DNA of 64,000 nucleotides, taken from assembly GCA_963730595.1 (NCBI GenBank), contig CAVSSJ010000007.1, forward strand, positions 2,580 through 66,579, given 5' to 3'. The translations under genes and the position numbers were made by a program. The notes beneath the pieces were generated by a model. It saw only the letters and a program-made list of their open reading frames with translations. It was not told the origin of the DNA and made no database searches. The DNA comes from an uncultured Carnobacteriaceae bacterium. GTDB lineage: Bacteria; Bacillota; Bacilli; Lactobacillales; Aerococcaceae. Shown here piece after piece: positions 63,749 to 64,000 of the stretch (positions within the stretch are counted from its first letter, which is position 1; the number at the start of each line of letters is the position of its first letter).

Positions 63749-64000
63749 ATGATGAAGCGTATAGATGATTGGCATGTAAAAAATGCTATGCAGACGGCAA
63801 TAATTGACGGCGAAGAATCGGTGACTTACCAGGAATTGGAGGAGCGCGTTCAGGAACGGGCAAAGATATTAGCAGCGATTCCCCAAAACGTAATCCTTGT
63901 ACCGATGTCAAATGCCATTGATCAACTGATTAATTTCTTGGCATTGATCCGGGCGAACAAAGTGGCTGTGCCTGTTAATGCCAGCCATTCCGATCAGGGA
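63749..64000 (+). CDS. AMP-binding acyl-CoA ligase (YhfT-like), 5' part
   Basis: 'AIIDGEESVTYQEL' N-terminus; follows bioY as in the B. subtilis yhfUTS arrangement; runs off window. Confidence 0.6.
   Translation, partial: MMKRIDDWHVKNAMQTAIIDGEESVTYQELEERVQERAKILAAIPQNVILVPMSNAIDQLINFLALIRANKVAVPVNASHSDQG

Overview
Chromosomal window from a medium-GC Lactobacillales firmicute; gene content suggests Trichococcus or another Carnobacteriaceae member (inference). Housekeeping genes are present: ilvE, rodA/ftsW, spx/arsC-like, gcvH, sufCDSUB, bioY and two csp genes. They are interleaved with accessory blocks: metal and phosphate transporters, a proteasome-beta-like orphan, PFOR (nifJ), an amrS-amrB-metK cluster lying between two near-identical csp loci, a SCIFF ranthipeptide locus, an amino-acid ABC/aminotransferase/2-hydroxyacid dehydrogenase/MFS operon, a TetR-SDR-MDR unit, Met T-box mmuPM, and a candidate defence cluster (HNH, GIY-YIG-DUF2075, MazG). 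The strongest features missing from the ORF track are four. (1) Five co-oriented arrays of a degenerate 51-bp hairpin-plus-spacer unit sit at the junctions between accessory gene blocks from 40 to 57 kb, and an unrelated 52-bp array lies at 33.6 kb. (2) A 30-codon leader peptide ending LVILLVI, with an attenuator, lies upstream of ilvE. (3) The 48-aa SCIFF precursor. (4) Decayed PII/DUF1538 and MazG-like remnants. About nine single-base frameshifts, mostly insertions, look like read-consensus errors. No rRNA, tRNA, transposase, integrase or cas gene was recognised.
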